Assembly (NCBI GenBank): GCA_963422265.1
Contig: OY729416.1
Span: forward strand, 768,001 to 832,000
Direction of reading: 5' to 3'
DNA: 64,000 nucleotides
From: Thermodesulfobacteriota bacterium
GTDB lineage: Bacteria; Desulfobacterota_D; UBA1144; Nemesobacterales; UBA2774
A program made the translations under genes and the position numbers. The first letter of the stretch is position 1, and the number at the start of each line of letters is the position of its first letter. The notes under the pieces are model-generated. The model was given only the letters and a program-made list of their open reading frames with translations. It was not told the DNA's origin and did not search any database. Positions 30,171 to 40,444 of the stretch are shown one piece after another.

Positions 30171-30824
30171 TTAGACGACTTGCTTACTTCCCCTTTCCAA
30201 TACCTCACCCTTAAAAATCCACACTTTGATACCTATAATTCCATAAGTGGTTTTTGCTTCTGCAAGACCGTAATCTATATCTGCTCTGAGGGTAGTTAAA
30301 GGAACTCTTCCCTCTCTGTACCACTCTGTCCTTGCGATTTCAGCCCCCCCGAGCCTACCCGACACCATAATCTTTATTCCCAAAGCACCAAGTCTAAGCG
30401 CAGACGCCATGGACCTTTTCATTGCACGCCTGAATGTAACCCTTCTCTCTAGCTGAAGAGCAACATTCTCCGCAACCAACTGGGCATCTATCTCAGGACG
30501 CTTGACTTCTCTTATATCCAGATAAATATCCTTTCCTGTCATATTAGACAGTCTTTGCCTGAGAGATTCTATTTCCTGCCCCTTTCTACCAATTATTTTT
30601 CCGGGACGTGCGGAGTTTATAATAATTCTTACTCTCTCAGAAGCTGCCCTTTCTAATTCTATTTTAGATATTGCCGCCTGATAAAACTCATTCTTAATAA
30701 GTCTCCTTATTTTCAAATCTTCATGGAGAAGCTCTGCGTACCTCTGCTTCTCGGCAAACCACTTAGAATCCCAGCCCTTTGTAATTCCCAACCTTAGCCC
30801 AATAGGGCAAACTTTTTGACCCAA
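30171..30824 (-). CDS. rpsC: 30S ribosomal protein S3
   Basis: [23 protein letters not shown] and TLRADIDY motifs. TTG start at 30824; the track starts at 30845. Confidence 0.98.
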   Translation of the reverse strand: MGQKVCPIGLRLGITKGWDSKWFAEKQRYAELLHEDLKIRRLIKNEFYQAAISKIELERAASERVRIIINSARPGKIIGRKGQEIESLRQRLSNMTGKDIYLDIREVKRPEIDAQLVAENVALQLERRVTFRRAMKRSMASALRLGALGIKIMVSGRLGGAEIARTEWYREGRVPLTTLRADIDYGLAEAKTTYGIIGIKVWIFKGEVLERGSKQVV

Positions 30825-30825
30825 C

Positions 30826-31164
30826 TTAAAGCCCCCTCTCTTCAAGAACTATAGTGATATGGCTCATCCTCTTTTTTCTGGACGATGCACGTCCCATTGC
30901 TCTAGCTCTGATTCTTTTAAGCGTAGGACCTTTGGAAGCATAAGCCTCCTTTACATATAGGGTTTCGGTATCGTTATGCCCCTTCTCAGACGCATTAGCA
31001 ACCGCTGATTTAAGTAGCTTTGCAATGTCAAGCGATGACCTTTTTCTTAGGGCAGAAAGAGTAGAGAAAGCACTTTCGACTCCTACTCCTTTTATCAAGT
31101 CCAAGACTACGCCCACCTTTTTGGGTGATGACCTATAATACTTTTTAACGGCTTGGGACACCAT
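30826..31164 (-). CDS. rplV: 50S ribosomal protein L22
   Basis: [18 protein letters not shown]...RAMGRA...K..SHIT. Confidence 0.97.
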   Translation of the reverse strand: MVSQAVKKYYRSSPKKVGVVLDLIKGVGVESAFSTLSALRKRSSLDIAKLLKSAVANASEKGHNDTETLYVKEAYASKGPTLKRIRARAMGRASSRKKRMSHITIVLEERGL

Positions 31165-31196
31165 TGAACCTATCCTTGCTCATTAATTTTAAATCC

Positions 31197-31484
31197 TTAT
31201 CTTTTACCTATCTTAGACCTCTTATCCCCAGCGTGACCTGAAAAATGCCTCGTAGGAGAGAACTCCCCCAGCTTATGCCCCACCATGTGCTCAGTAGCAT
31301 AAACGGGAATAAATCTTTTCCCATTGTGAACAGCAAATGTAAGGCCTATCATATCGGGAGTTATCATAGAACTCCTTGACCACGTTTTTATTATACGAGG
31401 GCTTCCCAACGAAGCCTTCTCAACTTCAACCTTCTTGATCAACTTCTCATTTACATAAGGACCTTTTTTATTAGACCTCGGCAT
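31197..31484 (-). CDS. rpsS: 30S ribosomal protein S19
   Basis: KTWSR.S, VHNGK and [12 protein letters not shown] motifs. Confidence 0.98.
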   Translation of the reverse strand: MPRSNKKGPYVNEKLIKKVEVEKASLGSPRIIKTWSRSSMITPDMIGLTFAVHNGKRFIPVYATEHMVGHKLGEFSPTRHFSGHAGDKRSKIGKR

Positions 31485-31493
31485 ACCTTCTCC

Positions 31494-32336
31494 TTAATCC
31501 ATTCCGTAACCAATTCTTCTGCGCTTAACGATAAACTTATCCGTCCTCTTATTTGCTCTAGTTTTATACCCTATTGTGATCCAACCCCATGGAGATACAG
31601 GATGCGGATTTCCCTTGGTTGCTTTCCCCTCTCCACCACCGTGAGGATGGTCAACAGGATTCATCGCTACGCCCCTCACCGTTGGGCGCTTGCCTAGGTG
31701 GCGCTTTCTACCCGCTTTACCAAGCACAATCAACTCGTGCTCTAAATTGCCTACTCTGCCAATGGTAGCCATACAGTCTATATGAATCAGACGAATCTCG
31801 CTAGACGCTAACTTAAGTTGAGCATAATCGCCCTCTTTCGCTACAATCTGGGCTGAAGCACCAGCAGATCTTGCGATCTTACCACCACCTTTAGGCTTTA
31901 ACTCTATATTATGAACTATGGTTCCAACTGGGATACTCCTTATCGGAAGCGCGTTGCCTACCACAACCTCGACGTCGTCACCGGAAACCACAAAATCTCC
32001 AACCCCTATACCGTCGGGAGCTATTATATACCTTTTCTCTCCATCAACATAACTTAACAGCGCAATTCTGGAAGACCTATTGGGATCATATTCAACTGTA
32101 GCTACCTTCGCGGGAACGCCATATTTATCCCGTTTATAGTCAATCCTTCTATACAGACGCTTCTGACTCCCTCCGCGGCTATAACTGGTAATTCTACCCT
32201 GCGAGTTTCTCCCCGCCCGCTTTTTAGTGGAAGAAGTAAGCGGCTTATAAGGCTCATCCATCGTCAGATCAGAAAAATCCGAACCTGACCTAAACCTCGT
32301 GCCTGGGCTAGTGGGATTATACTTCTTAATTCCCAT
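31494..32336 (-). CDS. rplB: 50S ribosomal protein L2
   Basis: EYDPNRS and [18 protein letters not shown] motifs. Confidence 0.98.
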   Translation of the reverse strand: MGIKKYNPTSPGTRFRSGSDFSDLTMDEPYKPLTSSTKKRAGRNSQGRITSYSRGGSQKRLYRRIDYKRDKYGVPAKVATVEYDPNRSSRIALLSYVDGEKRYIIAPDGIGVGDFVVSGDDVEVVVGNALPIRSIPVGTIVHNIELKPKGGGKIARSAGASAQIVAKEGDYAQLKLASSEIRLIHIDCMATIGRVGNLEHELIVLGKAGRKRHLGKRPTVRGVAMNPVDHPHGGGEGKATKGNPHPVSPWGWITIGYKTRANKRTDKFIVKRRRIGYGMD

Positions 32337-32338
32337 GT

Positions 32339-32626
32339 CTAAACTCCCTCGAAAAATTCAATGCTTCCCTCTTTAAGCTTTACATAAGCCTTTTTTTTAG
32401 ATGACCTTCTGCCCGACAACCTTCCAGCCCTTTTAACCCTTTTACCGACAGTTATTAAAGTTCTTACTTTTTCAACTTTAACACCGAAGATTTCTTCAAC
32501 CGCCTCTTTGATATCTGCCTTGTTTGACTTCTTGTCAACTGAAAATACATACCAATCGGACTCTCTAGCCTCAGAGGACTTTTCCGTAACAAGAGGAAGC
32601 TTTATTACCTGTCTGTGATCCTTCAA
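32339..32626 (-). CDS. rplW: 50S ribosomal protein L23
   Basis: PLVTEKS, NK..IK.AVE..F.VKV and KKAYV.L motifs. Confidence 0.97.
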   Translation of the reverse strand: MKDHRQVIKLPLVTEKSSEARESDWYVFSVDKKSNKADIKEAVEEIFGVKVEKVRTLITVGKRVKRAGRLSGRRSSKKKAYVKLKEGSIEFFEGV

Positions 32627-33246
32627 CTTCCGAGAGCCTCCTGAGTTTTATTTAAAGAATCCTCCGTCATTACAAGATTTTCAAACCTAAGAACGTCATA
32701 AACATTTAAGCCATCCACTTTTAGTATCTTTATATCACGAATGTTTCTTGACGACTTTATAAGATTTTGATTATCTTCACTTATAACTATTAGAGCTGAG
32801 CTTAACTTAAACTTCGTTACAAAGTCCGCAATCCGTTTTGTCTTAATTTCCGGCAGATCAAACCCGCTTAAAGCAATTAGCTCCCTATCACTGTATTTCA
32901 ACGAAAGGGCACTTATCAAAGCCTGTCTCCTAATCTTTTTGTTTATGTTATATGACCAATCCTTAGGCTTAGGTCCGAATACAACCCCACCTTTTCTCCA
33001 AATAGGAGATCTATTGCTGCCATGCCGCGCGCGACCCGTGTGTTTTTGTCTCCATGGTTTTGACCCTCCACCACTAACCTCACCCCTTGTTTTCGTGGAG
33101 GCGGTTCCCGAACGATTTTTAGCAAGCTGCCAGTTTACAACCTTATGAAGCAGGTGTCTCTTGATTGGAGCCTCAAATACGGAAGGAGCAACCTCCAGAA
33201 TACCCACTTTACTTTTCTCTAGATCATACAAATCAAGCTGCGACAC
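32623..33246 (-). CDS. rplD: 50S ribosomal protein L4
   Basis: TKTRGEV.GG..KPWRQKHTGRAR.G..RSP.W..GG..FGPKP. Confidence 0.98.
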   Translation of the reverse strand: MSQLDLYDLEKSKVGILEVAPSVFEAPIKRHLLHKVVNWQLAKNRSGTASTKTRGEVSGGGSKPWRQKHTGRARHGSNRSPIWRKGGVVFGPKPKDWSYNINKKIRRQALISALSLKYSDRELIALSGFDLPEIKTKRIADFVTKFKLSSALIVISEDNQNLIKSSRNIRDIKILKVDGLNVYDVLRFENLVMTEDSLNKTQEALGS

Positions 33247-33880
33247 TCTCTAATCTCCCTTTTATCGTACGCTTGATCATTAAAATGCCCCCGTTCGACC
33301 CAGGCACGGAGCCCTTGACAATCAACAGGTTATTATCCGCATCTACCTTTATAACCCTAAGACCCTGAACAGTCGCCCTTTTACCACCCATGCGCCCAGC
33401 CATTTTAATCCCCTTCCATACTTTGCCCGGATAAGAGGCCTGCCCTATGCCACCAGGCCTTCTGTGAGCCATACCACCATGCGAAGCCGGCTGACCTTTA
33501 AAATTGTGTCTTTTCATCGTTCCAGCAAATCCCTTGCCTTTACTCGTTCCAACTACGTCAACCATGTCACCCTCTTTAAATATATCTGCTTTAACAACAT
33601 CGCCAACGTTGCAATCCTCTACTGTAGCGCTGAATTCAGCAAGATGCCTTAAAGGCGTGGCCCCGGCATTCTTAAAATGTGCTAAAAGCGGTTTAGTAAG
33701 CCTTTGAGGTTTAGCCTTCCCAAAGCCAATCTGCACAGCCCGATAGCCATCCTTTTCCTTCGTTCTCTTTTGAATAACGAAACAGGGACCCGCCTCTATA
33801 GCTGTACCTACTACAACTGCGCCGTTATCCAGAAAAAGCTCCATCATGCCAATCTTTCTACCTATTAGTCCGTTAACCAT
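33233..33880 (-). CDS. rplC: 50S ribosomal protein L3
   Basis: G.KIGM, DGY.AVQ.GF, SKGKGF.G.MKRH and GSVPG motifs. Confidence 0.98.
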   Translation of the reverse strand: MVNGLIGRKIGMMELFLDNGAVVVGTAIEAGPCFVIQKRTKEKDGYRAVQIGFGKAKPQRLTKPLLAHFKNAGATPLRHLAEFSATVEDCNVGDVVKADIFKEGDMVDVVGTSKGKGFAGTMKRHNFKGQPASHGGMAHRRPGGIGQASYPGKVWKGIKMAGRMGGKRATVQGLRVIKVDADNNLLIVKGSVPGSNGGILMIKRTIKGRLESVAA

Positions 33881-33890
33881 TTATATTATA

Positions 33891-34211
33891 TTATGAACCC
33901 GTAAGTTTTATTTCTACTTCTACCCCAGAAGCCAAGTCGAGTTTCATAAGAGCATCAATCGTTTGTTGAGTAGGTTCAAGTATATCAACGATCCTCTTAT
34001 GCGTCCTAACCTCAAAATGCTCCCTTGAATTCTTATCTACATGCGGAGACCTCAGCACACAGTAACGGCTAATATGAGTAGGAAGTGGAACAGGCCCTAA
34101 AACCCTAGCACCAGTTCTTTCAGCAGTATCCACAATTCCAACGGAAGATCTATCTAGTAGTCTATGATCAAACGATTTAAGCTTTATTCTTATTTTAGAA
34201 GTGCGATTCAT
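33891..34211 (-). CDS. rpsJ: 30S ribosomal protein S10
   Basis: KIRIKLK.FDH..LD, GPVPLPT and RSPH..K.SRE.FE.RTHKR motifs. Confidence 0.98.
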   Translation of the reverse strand: MNRTSKIRIKLKSFDHRLLDRSSVGIVDTAERTGARVLGPVPLPTHISRYCVLRSPHVDKNSREHFEVRTHKRIVDILEPTQQTIDALMKLDLASGVEVEIKLTGS

Positions 34212-34232
34212 GTGCCAATTTCCCTTAATCCA

Positions 34233-35417
34233 TCACTCTACGATACTAGTAACGACTCCTGCACCTACAGTCCTTCCACCTTCCCTGATCGCAAAACGCA
34301 ACTGCTCCTCCATCGCTACAGCAGATATTAACTCCACGTCCATGTTCACGTTATCACCAGGCATCACCATCTCTACACCCGCAGGTAACACTATAGAACC
34401 CGTTACATCCGTTGTCCGTAAATAAAACTGAGGCCTATACCCAGGAAAAAATGGCGTGTGTCGTCCACCCTCCTCCTTCCGCAATACATATACCTCCGCC
34501 TTAAACTTCCGATGTGGACTTATACTACCAGGCCTCGCCAATACCTGCCCTCGCTCTACCTCATCCTTATCCACCCCGCGTAACAATACCCCTACGTTAT
34601 CTCCAGCTATCGCCTCGTCCAGTATCTTACGAAACATCTCTAAACTAGTCGCTACCGTCTTGCGCGTCTCCCTAAATCCCACTACCTCCACCTCAGCTCC
34701 ACCCACTACCCTACCACGTTCCACCCTACCCGTTACTACCGTCCCACGACCAGATATCGTAAATACATCCTCTATCGCCATCAAATAAGGCTTGTCCATC
34801 TCACGCTCCGGCTCAGGTACATATCCATCTACCGCCCCCATCAACTCCAGCACCTGCCCCTCAGAACCCGCATCCCCATCCAATGCCTTTAACGCACTCA
34901 CACGAACCACAGGAACCTCATCCCCAGGAAATCCATACTCACTCAATAACTCCCGAACCTCTAACTCCACTAAATCCAATAACTCCTCATCATCCATCAT
35001 GTCCACCTTGTTTAACGCTACCACTATATATGGCACCCCTACCTGCCGCGCCAATAGTATATGCTCCCGCGTCTGTGGCATCGGACCATCAGGCGCACTT
35101 ACCACCAATACCGCTCCATCCATCTGCGCCGCTCCCGTTATCATGTTCTTTACATAATCCGCATGACCAGGACAATCCACATGCGCATAATGCCGCCCCT
35201 CTGTCTCATACTCCACATGTGCTATGTTTATCGTTATACCTCGCTCCTTCTCCTCAGGCGCCTTGTCTATCTCCCCAAACTCCACATACTCCGCACGCCC
35301 CGCCTTCCCCAATACCTTCGTTATCGCAGCCGTCAACGTCGTCTTCCCATGATCCACGTGCCCTATCGTCCCTATGTTTAAATGAGGCTTCCCTCGCTCA
35401 AATCTAGCCTTACTCAT
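34233..35417 (-). CDS. tuf: Elongation factor Tu
   Basis: [21 protein letters not shown] and [11 protein letters not shown] motifs. Start MSKARF at 35417 after GGGAG; the track starts at 35432. Confidence 0.99.
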   Translation of the reverse strand: MSKARFERGKPHLNIGTIGHVDHGKTTLTAAITKVLGKAGRAEYVEFGEIDKAPEEKERGITINIAHVEYETEGRHYAHVDCPGHADYVKNMITGAAQMDGAVLVVSAPDGPMPQTREHILLARQVGVPYIVVALNKVDMMDDEELLDLVELEVRELLSEYGFPGDEVPVVRVSALKALDGDAGSEGQVLELMGAVDGYVPEPEREMDKPYLMAIEDVFTISGRGTVVTGRVERGRVVGGAEVEVVGFRETRKTVATSLEMFRKILDEAIAGDNVGVLLRGVDKDEVERGQVLARPGSISPHRKFKAEVYVLRKEEGGRHTPFFPGYRPQFYLRTTDVTGSIVLPAGVEMVMPGDNVNMDVELISAVAMEEQLRFAIREGGRTVGAGVVTSIVE

Positions 35418-35458
35418 TATACTCCCCCCCATACATAAGAAAAATACATTTTCATTGT

Positions 35459-37540
35459 TTATACAGCTTTAACGTTAGTTTTAATATCTTCTGAAAGCAC
35501 TCGAGGTAATGGAGAATAGTACCCAAACTCCATCGAGAAAGAGCCTCTCCCCTCGGTCATTGATCTAAGTTCCGTAGCATAACCAAACATTTCCGAAAGA
35601 GGCACTTCCGACTTAATAGCCTGCATACCACCCCTTAAATCGGATCCAGCTATTCTGCCCCTGCGTGAACTTATGTTACCCATAACCATCCCCATAAAAC
35701 TCTCAGGAACAACTATCTCCACCTTCATCAATGGCTCAAGAATAATAGGAGCGGCACGCAAAACCGCGTCCTTAAAAGCCATCGAACCCGCGATCTTAAA
35801 TGCAATCTCGGAACTGTCAACGTCATGATACGAACCGTCATAGAGCTTTACTCTCCAGTCTATTACTGGATAACCGGCGAGCACCCCGGTCTCCGAAGCC
35901 TCAATTACACCCTTTTCAACAGCAGGTATAAACTCTCTTGGTATATTTCCACCCTTAATCTCATCTACAAACTCGACTCCGGCTCCTTCTTCGTTAGGTT
36001 CAATTTTAATTTTAACGTGACCGTACTGCCCCCTACCCCCGGTCTGTCTAATAAATTTTGCCTCAGCTTCAGAGCTCCGAGTAATAGTTTCACGGTAAGC
36101 AACCTGGGGTCTTCCCACATTCGCATCTACGTTAAACTCACGCTTAAGCCTATCAACTATAATCTCGAGATGAAGCTCCCCCATACCCGATATTAACGTC
36201 TGACCGGTTTCGTCATCATACCTTACTTTAAACGTGGGGTCTTCAAGGGAAATTTTGTTTAAGGACAGTGCTAGCCTTTCTTGGTCAGATTTAGTTTTAG
36301 GCTCAATAGAAATGGATATAACAGGCTCTGCAAAATAAAGGCTTTCGAGTAGTACCGGCTTGTTTTCAGAACAGAGAGTATCCCCAGTAGTGGTCAGTTT
36401 AAGGCCTACTGCTGCTACTATGCCCCCAGCACCTATCTTAGTAATTTCTTCTCTTTTGTTAGAGTGCATCCTGACAAGTCTTCCAATCTTTTCTCTTTTG
36501 CCCTTAGTAGAATTATAAACGGTACTGCCAGAGACAAGTTCTCCTGAGTAAACCCTTAAATATGTCAATTGACCTACGAATGGATCCGTCATAATCTTAA
36601 AAGCCAAAGCCGAAAAAGGCTCTTCGTTGTTTGGATTTCTTATTTCTGCCATATCTGTATTAGGGTTTACGCCCTCAACTGGTGGAAGATCAATCGGAGA
36701 AGGCATATAATGCACAACCGCGTCCAAAAGTATTTGTACTCCCTTATTCTTAAAAGCACTCCCTAACAGCACGGGCACAATCTTTAGATCTATTGTAGAT
36801 TTTCTTAACGCGCCCACTATATCCTGCTCAGACACGGGATCCCCGTTTAAGTAGGCATCCATTATCTTCTCATCATAATCGGCTATAGATTCAATCAAAG
36901 CCTCCCTCTCAGCTTCCGATTCAACCCGCAAGTCATCAGGGACATCCACTAACTCGTATTTGGAGCCGAGGGAATCATCGTCCCAGATCGCTAGCTTCAT
37001 CTTGATAAGGTCAACAATCCCAGTGAATTCATCCCCCTCAAAATACGGCAACTGAAGCTTGACCGGATTTGCGTTAAGCCTCTCCTTTATTTGAGAAACA
37101 ACCTGATCAAAGTTGGCGCCGACCTTATCCATCTTATTTACGAAAGCCATTCTTGGAACCCTGTAGCGGTCTCCCTGCCTCCAAACCGTCTCGGACTGAG
37201 GCTCAACTCCACCCACCGAGTCAAAAGCCACAACTGCCCCGTCTAACACCTTTAATGACCTCTCTACTTCTATCGTAAAATCAACGTGTCCTGGAGTATC
37301 AATTATATTAACCCTGTGATCATTCCAAAAGCAGGTGGTGGTAGCAGACGTAATCGTGATTCCTCGCTCTCTTTCCTGCTCCATCCAGTCCATTGTAGCA
37401 GTACCCTCGTGAACCTCCCCAATCTTGTAAGTAAGCCCGGTGTAGTAAAGCACGCGCTCGGTAGTAGTAGTCTTACCAGCATCTATATGAGCAACAATTC
37501 CAATGTTTCTAACTCTCTCTATAGGTATTACCTTTTCCAC
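35459..37540 (-). CDS. fusA: Elongation factor G
   Basis: [33 protein letters not shown] and [10 protein letters not shown] motifs. GTG start at 37540 after GGAGGAG. Confidence 0.99.
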   Translation of the reverse strand: MEKVIPIERVRNIGIVAHIDAGKTTTTERVLYYTGLTYKIGEVHEGTATMDWMEQERERGITITSATTTCFWNDHRVNIIDTPGHVDFTIEVERSLKVLDGAVVAFDSVGGVEPQSETVWRQGDRYRVPRMAFVNKMDKVGANFDQVVSQIKERLNANPVKLQLPYFEGDEFTGIVDLIKMKLAIWDDDSLGSKYELVDVPDDLRVESEAEREALIESIADYDEKIMDAYLNGDPVSEQDIVGALRKSTIDLKIVPVLLGSAFKNKGVQILLDAVVHYMPSPIDLPPVEGVNPNTDMAEIRNPNNEEPFSALAFKIMTDPFVGQLTYLRVYSGELVSGSTVYNSTKGKREKIGRLVRMHSNKREEITKIGAGGIVAAVGLKLTTTGDTLCSENKPVLLESLYFAEPVISISIEPKTKSDQERLALSLNKISLEDPTFKVRYDDETGQTLISGMGELHLEIIVDRLKREFNVDANVGRPQVAYRETITRSSEAEAKFIRQTGGRGQYGHVKIKIEPNEEGAGVEFVDEIKGGNIPREFIPAVEKGVIEASETGVLAGYPVIDWRVKLYDGSYHDVDSSEIAFKIAGSMAFKDAVLRAAPIILEPLMKVEIVVPESFMGMVMGNISSRRGRIAGSDLRGGMQAIKSEVPLSEMFGYATELRSMTEGRGSFSMEFGYYSPLPRVLSEDIKTNVKAV

Positions 37541-37560
37541 AAAAACTCCTCCGGACTGGA

Positions 37561-38031
37561 TTACCAACGGTAATGAGCAAAAGCTCTGTTCGCCTCAGCC
37601 ATCCTATGAGTATCCTCTTTCTTCTTTATTGAACTACCGCGTCCCTCTGACGCATCTATAATCTCACTCGCCAACCTTTCTACCATAGACTTCTCACCCC
37701 TGTTCCTAACCGCGGACAGTAACCATCTAATAGCAAGCGACTGACGACGAAAAGAAGGAACTTCCATAGGAACTTGATAGGTAGCCCCGCCAACCCTACG
37801 CGACCTCACTTCAACGGCAGGTTTAACGCTATCCATCGCCGCTAGGAAAACCTCTAAAGGATCCTTGCTAGTCTTTTCTGCAACAATATCCATGGAATCA
37901 TAGAATATTTTCTCAGCCTTGCTCTTTTTGCCGTCGTACATAAGCGAGTTAATAAACTTCGTAACCTTTAGCTCCCCATATCTAGGATCAAGCACAGGTT
38001 GTCTCTTTGTTACAGAACCTTTCCTCGACAT
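37561..38031 (-). CDS. rpsG: 30S ribosomal protein S7
   Basis: [11 protein letters not shown] and [15 protein letters not shown] motifs. Confidence 0.98.
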   Translation of the reverse strand: MSRKGSVTKRQPVLDPRYGELKVTKFINSLMYDGKKSKAEKIFYDSMDIVAEKTSKDPLEVFLAAMDSVKPAVEVRSRRVGGATYQVPMEVPSFRRQSLAIRWLLSAVRNRGEKSMVERLASEIIDASEGRGSSIKKKEDTHRMAEANRAFAHYRW

Positions 38032-38046
38032 ATCAAACCCCTTTAA

Positions 38047-38418
38047 TTACTTTGGCTTTTTGGCACCGTACTTAGACCTGCCTTGCCTCCTATTTTCAAC
38101 GCCAGTAGAGTCTAAGGTACCCCTTACAATATGATAGCGGACACCAGGTAAATCTTTCACCCTACCGCCCCTAATTAGTATAACGGAATGCTCTTGCAAA
38201 GTGTGCCCTTCACCCGGTATATAACCAGTTACTTCAACACCATTAGTCAACCTGATACGCGCTACTTTCCTTAAAGCCGAATTTGGCTTTTTGGGCGTGG
38301 TGGTATAAACCCTAACGCAGACGCCCCTTTTCTGTGGGCAGTTTTGTAGGGCTGGAGCTTTACTCTTCTTTCTAGCTCTCTTTCTTCCGTCTCTTATCAA
38401 CTGACTTATGGTGGGCAC
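38047..38418 (-). CDS. rpsL: 30S ribosomal protein S12
   Basis: [11 protein letters not shown] and [12 protein letters not shown] motifs. Confidence 0.99.
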   Translation of the reverse strand: MPTISQLIRDGRKRARKKSKAPALQNCPQKRGVCVRVYTTTPKKPNSALRKVARIRLTNGVEVTGYIPGEGHTLQEHSVILIRGGRVKDLPGVRYHIVRGTLDSTGVENRRQGRSKYGAKKPK

Positions 38419-38453
38419 TTACGCTTAATCTCCATTAAAAAGTTAATCTAAGT

Positions 38454-38483
38454 TATATATCCTGAAAAAGAATTGTATGTCAA
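38454..38483 (-). promoter_or_regulatory. Putative promoter of the str-S10-spc-alpha superoperon
   Basis: Minus-strand TTGACA (38483-38478) followed about 18 nt later by TATATA/TATAAC, just upstream of rpsL. Confidence 0.5.
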
Positions 38484-38498
38484 GACTTCAAAAGGATT

Positions 38499-38813
38499 TT
38501 ATTTGGGCTTTTTTCTGATTTTCTTTTCCAGCCCCACAATGGTGATGGATGATTTGTACCATCCGGGCTTCCACGCTTCATCTCCATAAGATCTCACTTC
38601 ATCCTCATGGACCTTCAGAAATACATAGACGTAGCCACTGCCATCTACCAGAGGATTACCCGTTTTAAGTTCAGGATCTGAATCAAGTGGGGAGTTCCAA
38701 TCATCTGGAGTCAACTCAAGTAAGTCTATAGACTCTATCAGCGAGCGCTCATAACTAGGCTCACTACTTGCATCGGATTCCTCACTTAAACTCAGATACC
38801 ATATTTCAGCCAT
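38499..38813 (-). CDS. Hypothetical acidic protein (104 aa)
   Basis: ATG with AAGGGG RBS, fills the purD-rpsL gap; no family recognised. Confidence 0.7.
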   Translation of the reverse strand: MAEIWYLSLSEESDASSEPSYERSLIESIDLLELTPDDWNSPLDSDPELKTGNPLVDGSGYVYVFLKVHEDEVRSYGDEAWKPGWYKSSITIVGLEKKIRKKPK

Positions 38814-38855
38814 AATCTATTTCCCCTTAACTTCTAATTAAACTGTTTTCAAGAA

Positions 38856-40136
38856 TTACTGATATTTCAGGGCTTTTTTACCTATATCGGTTCTAAAGTG
38901 CAACAATTCGGAATCTATCATACCAACCACTCCGTATGCCAAATCCATAGCCTTAGGAATAGAATCACCAATAGCCGTAACCCCTAGCACCCGTCCTCCA
39001 CTATTGACTAGTTCTCCATTTTCAAGCGAAGTTCCGGAGTGAAAAACAAGAACGTCGTCCACTTTATCTGCTTCTCTAAGCCCCTTTATTACGGACCCTT
39101 TCTCATAAGGGCCAGGGTATCCATGAGATGCCATCACAACACACAAAGAGGCTTCATTTCTCCATTCTAATGTTTCTCCCGACAGACCGGTGGGACCCGC
39201 AATTGCACTTAGAATCGGGACAATATCGGACTTCATCCTCATCAAAAGCGGCTGCGCCTCAGGATCCCCAAATCTACAATTAAATTCAAGGACTTTCACG
39301 TCCGTCCCATTTATCATAAGCCCCGCGTATAGTATACCTTTATATTCTCTCCCCTCTCTCCTCATCGCCTCGATAGTCGGCATCATTACCCGGTTCATTA
39401 TACTCTGATACAATTCGGGCGTTATAACTGGAGCGGGAGAATAAGCTCCCATCCCTCCAGTATTGGGTCCTCGGTCTCCATCCAATAATGCCTTATGATC
39501 CTGAGAGGACTCTAGCGGGATTGCATTCTTGCCATCAGTGAAAACGAAAAAAGAGGCTTCTTCCTGATCTTGAAGAAATTCTTCGATCACTACGCTATTA
39601 CCTGAATCGCCAAGAACGTTACGTCTCATAATGTCATCAAGCACTTCTGAAGCTTCCCTTTCGGTTCGGCATATAAACACTCCTTTCCCAGAGGCAAGCC
39701 CATCCGCTTTTATAACTAAAGGAGTCTTCATATCTTTTACCCAGCTCATTGCGTCTTCGTAATCGGAAAACGTCGAGTAAAGAGCTGTAGGAATGCTGTA
39801 CTTTTTCATTAAATCTTTTGAGAAAATTTTACTGCTTTCAATCTTAGCGGCAGCCTTAGTGGGCCCAAAGATTTTCAAACCCTCTTCAATAAACCTATCA
39901 ACTATGCCGAGCGCCAAAGGAAGCTCTGGTCCAACTACGGTAAGATCTATTTCTTGATGTTTAGCAAATTTAGCGAGACCATTTATATCCAATGCTTGAA
40001 TATCAACGCATTTCGCGTGCTTTGAAATACCCGGATTGCCTGGAGCACAGTAAAGAGAGCTAACCAAAGGACTTTGGCTTATCTTCCAGCACAGGGCGTG
40101 CTCTCTCCCACCGCCTCCTATTACTAACACTTGCAT
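38856..40136 (-). CDS. purD: Phosphoribosylamine--glycine ligase
   Basis: GGGGREHAL, APGNPG, KADGLASGKGV, QDHK...GD.GPNTGGMGAY and EFNCRFGDPE motifs. Confidence 0.97.
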   Translation of the reverse strand: MQVLVIGGGGREHALCWKISQSPLVSSLYCAPGNPGISKHAKCVDIQALDINGLAKFAKHQEIDLTVVGPELPLALGIVDRFIEEGLKIFGPTKAAAKIESSKIFSKDLMKKYSIPTALYSTFSDYEDAMSWVKDMKTPLVIKADGLASGKGVFICRTEREASEVLDDIMRRNVLGDSGNSVVIEEFLQDQEEASFFVFTDGKNAIPLESSQDHKALLDGDRGPNTGGMGAYSPAPVITPELYQSIMNRVMMPTIEAMRREGREYKGILYAGLMINGTDVKVLEFNCRFGDPEAQPLLMRMKSDIVPILSAIAGPTGLSGETLEWRNEASLCVVMASHGYPGPYEKGSVIKGLREADKVDDVLVFHSGTSLENGELVNSGGRVLGVTAIGDSIPKAMDLAYGVVGMIDSELLHFRTDIGKKALKYQ

Positions 40137-40232
40137 AGTAAGCAAAACCTCACAAAGCCATACTGAATATCAACTCTAAAACGGTAAAACCCGATTCGCT
40201 CTACTAAAAACAATAACATTGCTTCACACCAA

Positions 40233-40251
40233 CCCTGAAATGAATTCAGGG
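40233..40251. repeat. Short REP-like palindrome (CTGAAA-N-TCAGG family)
   Basis: CCCTGAA-ATGAA-TTCAGGG, intergenic between glmS and purD. Confidence 0.5.
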
Positions 40252-40444
40252 CAAACAAGAATACAATTACGACAACTTGCCACACTGGACTCCGTCACCC
40301 CAAATAACGTCCTACAGTATTTTTTATCAGGTAATCATTTAGGGTTTCTGTTAGCTTTCTACTCACCTTGCCCTATAATGCCTTCAACTTTGATAGTTTG
40401 CCAAATTCTACCTTCTTTTGAGAAGCTACACGAAACAATGGAGA

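Noticed and set aside
34456-35407. Several long plus-strand ORFs rich in Pro/His/Ser/Thr opposite tuf (e.g. 34883-35407)
   Set aside because: Antisense shadows caused by the C-rich plus strand of tuf; no RBS or protein-like motifs.
38047-38418. Streptomycin-resistance substitutions in S12
   Set aside because: PKKPNS and RVKDLP are wild-type at the usual lysine positions.
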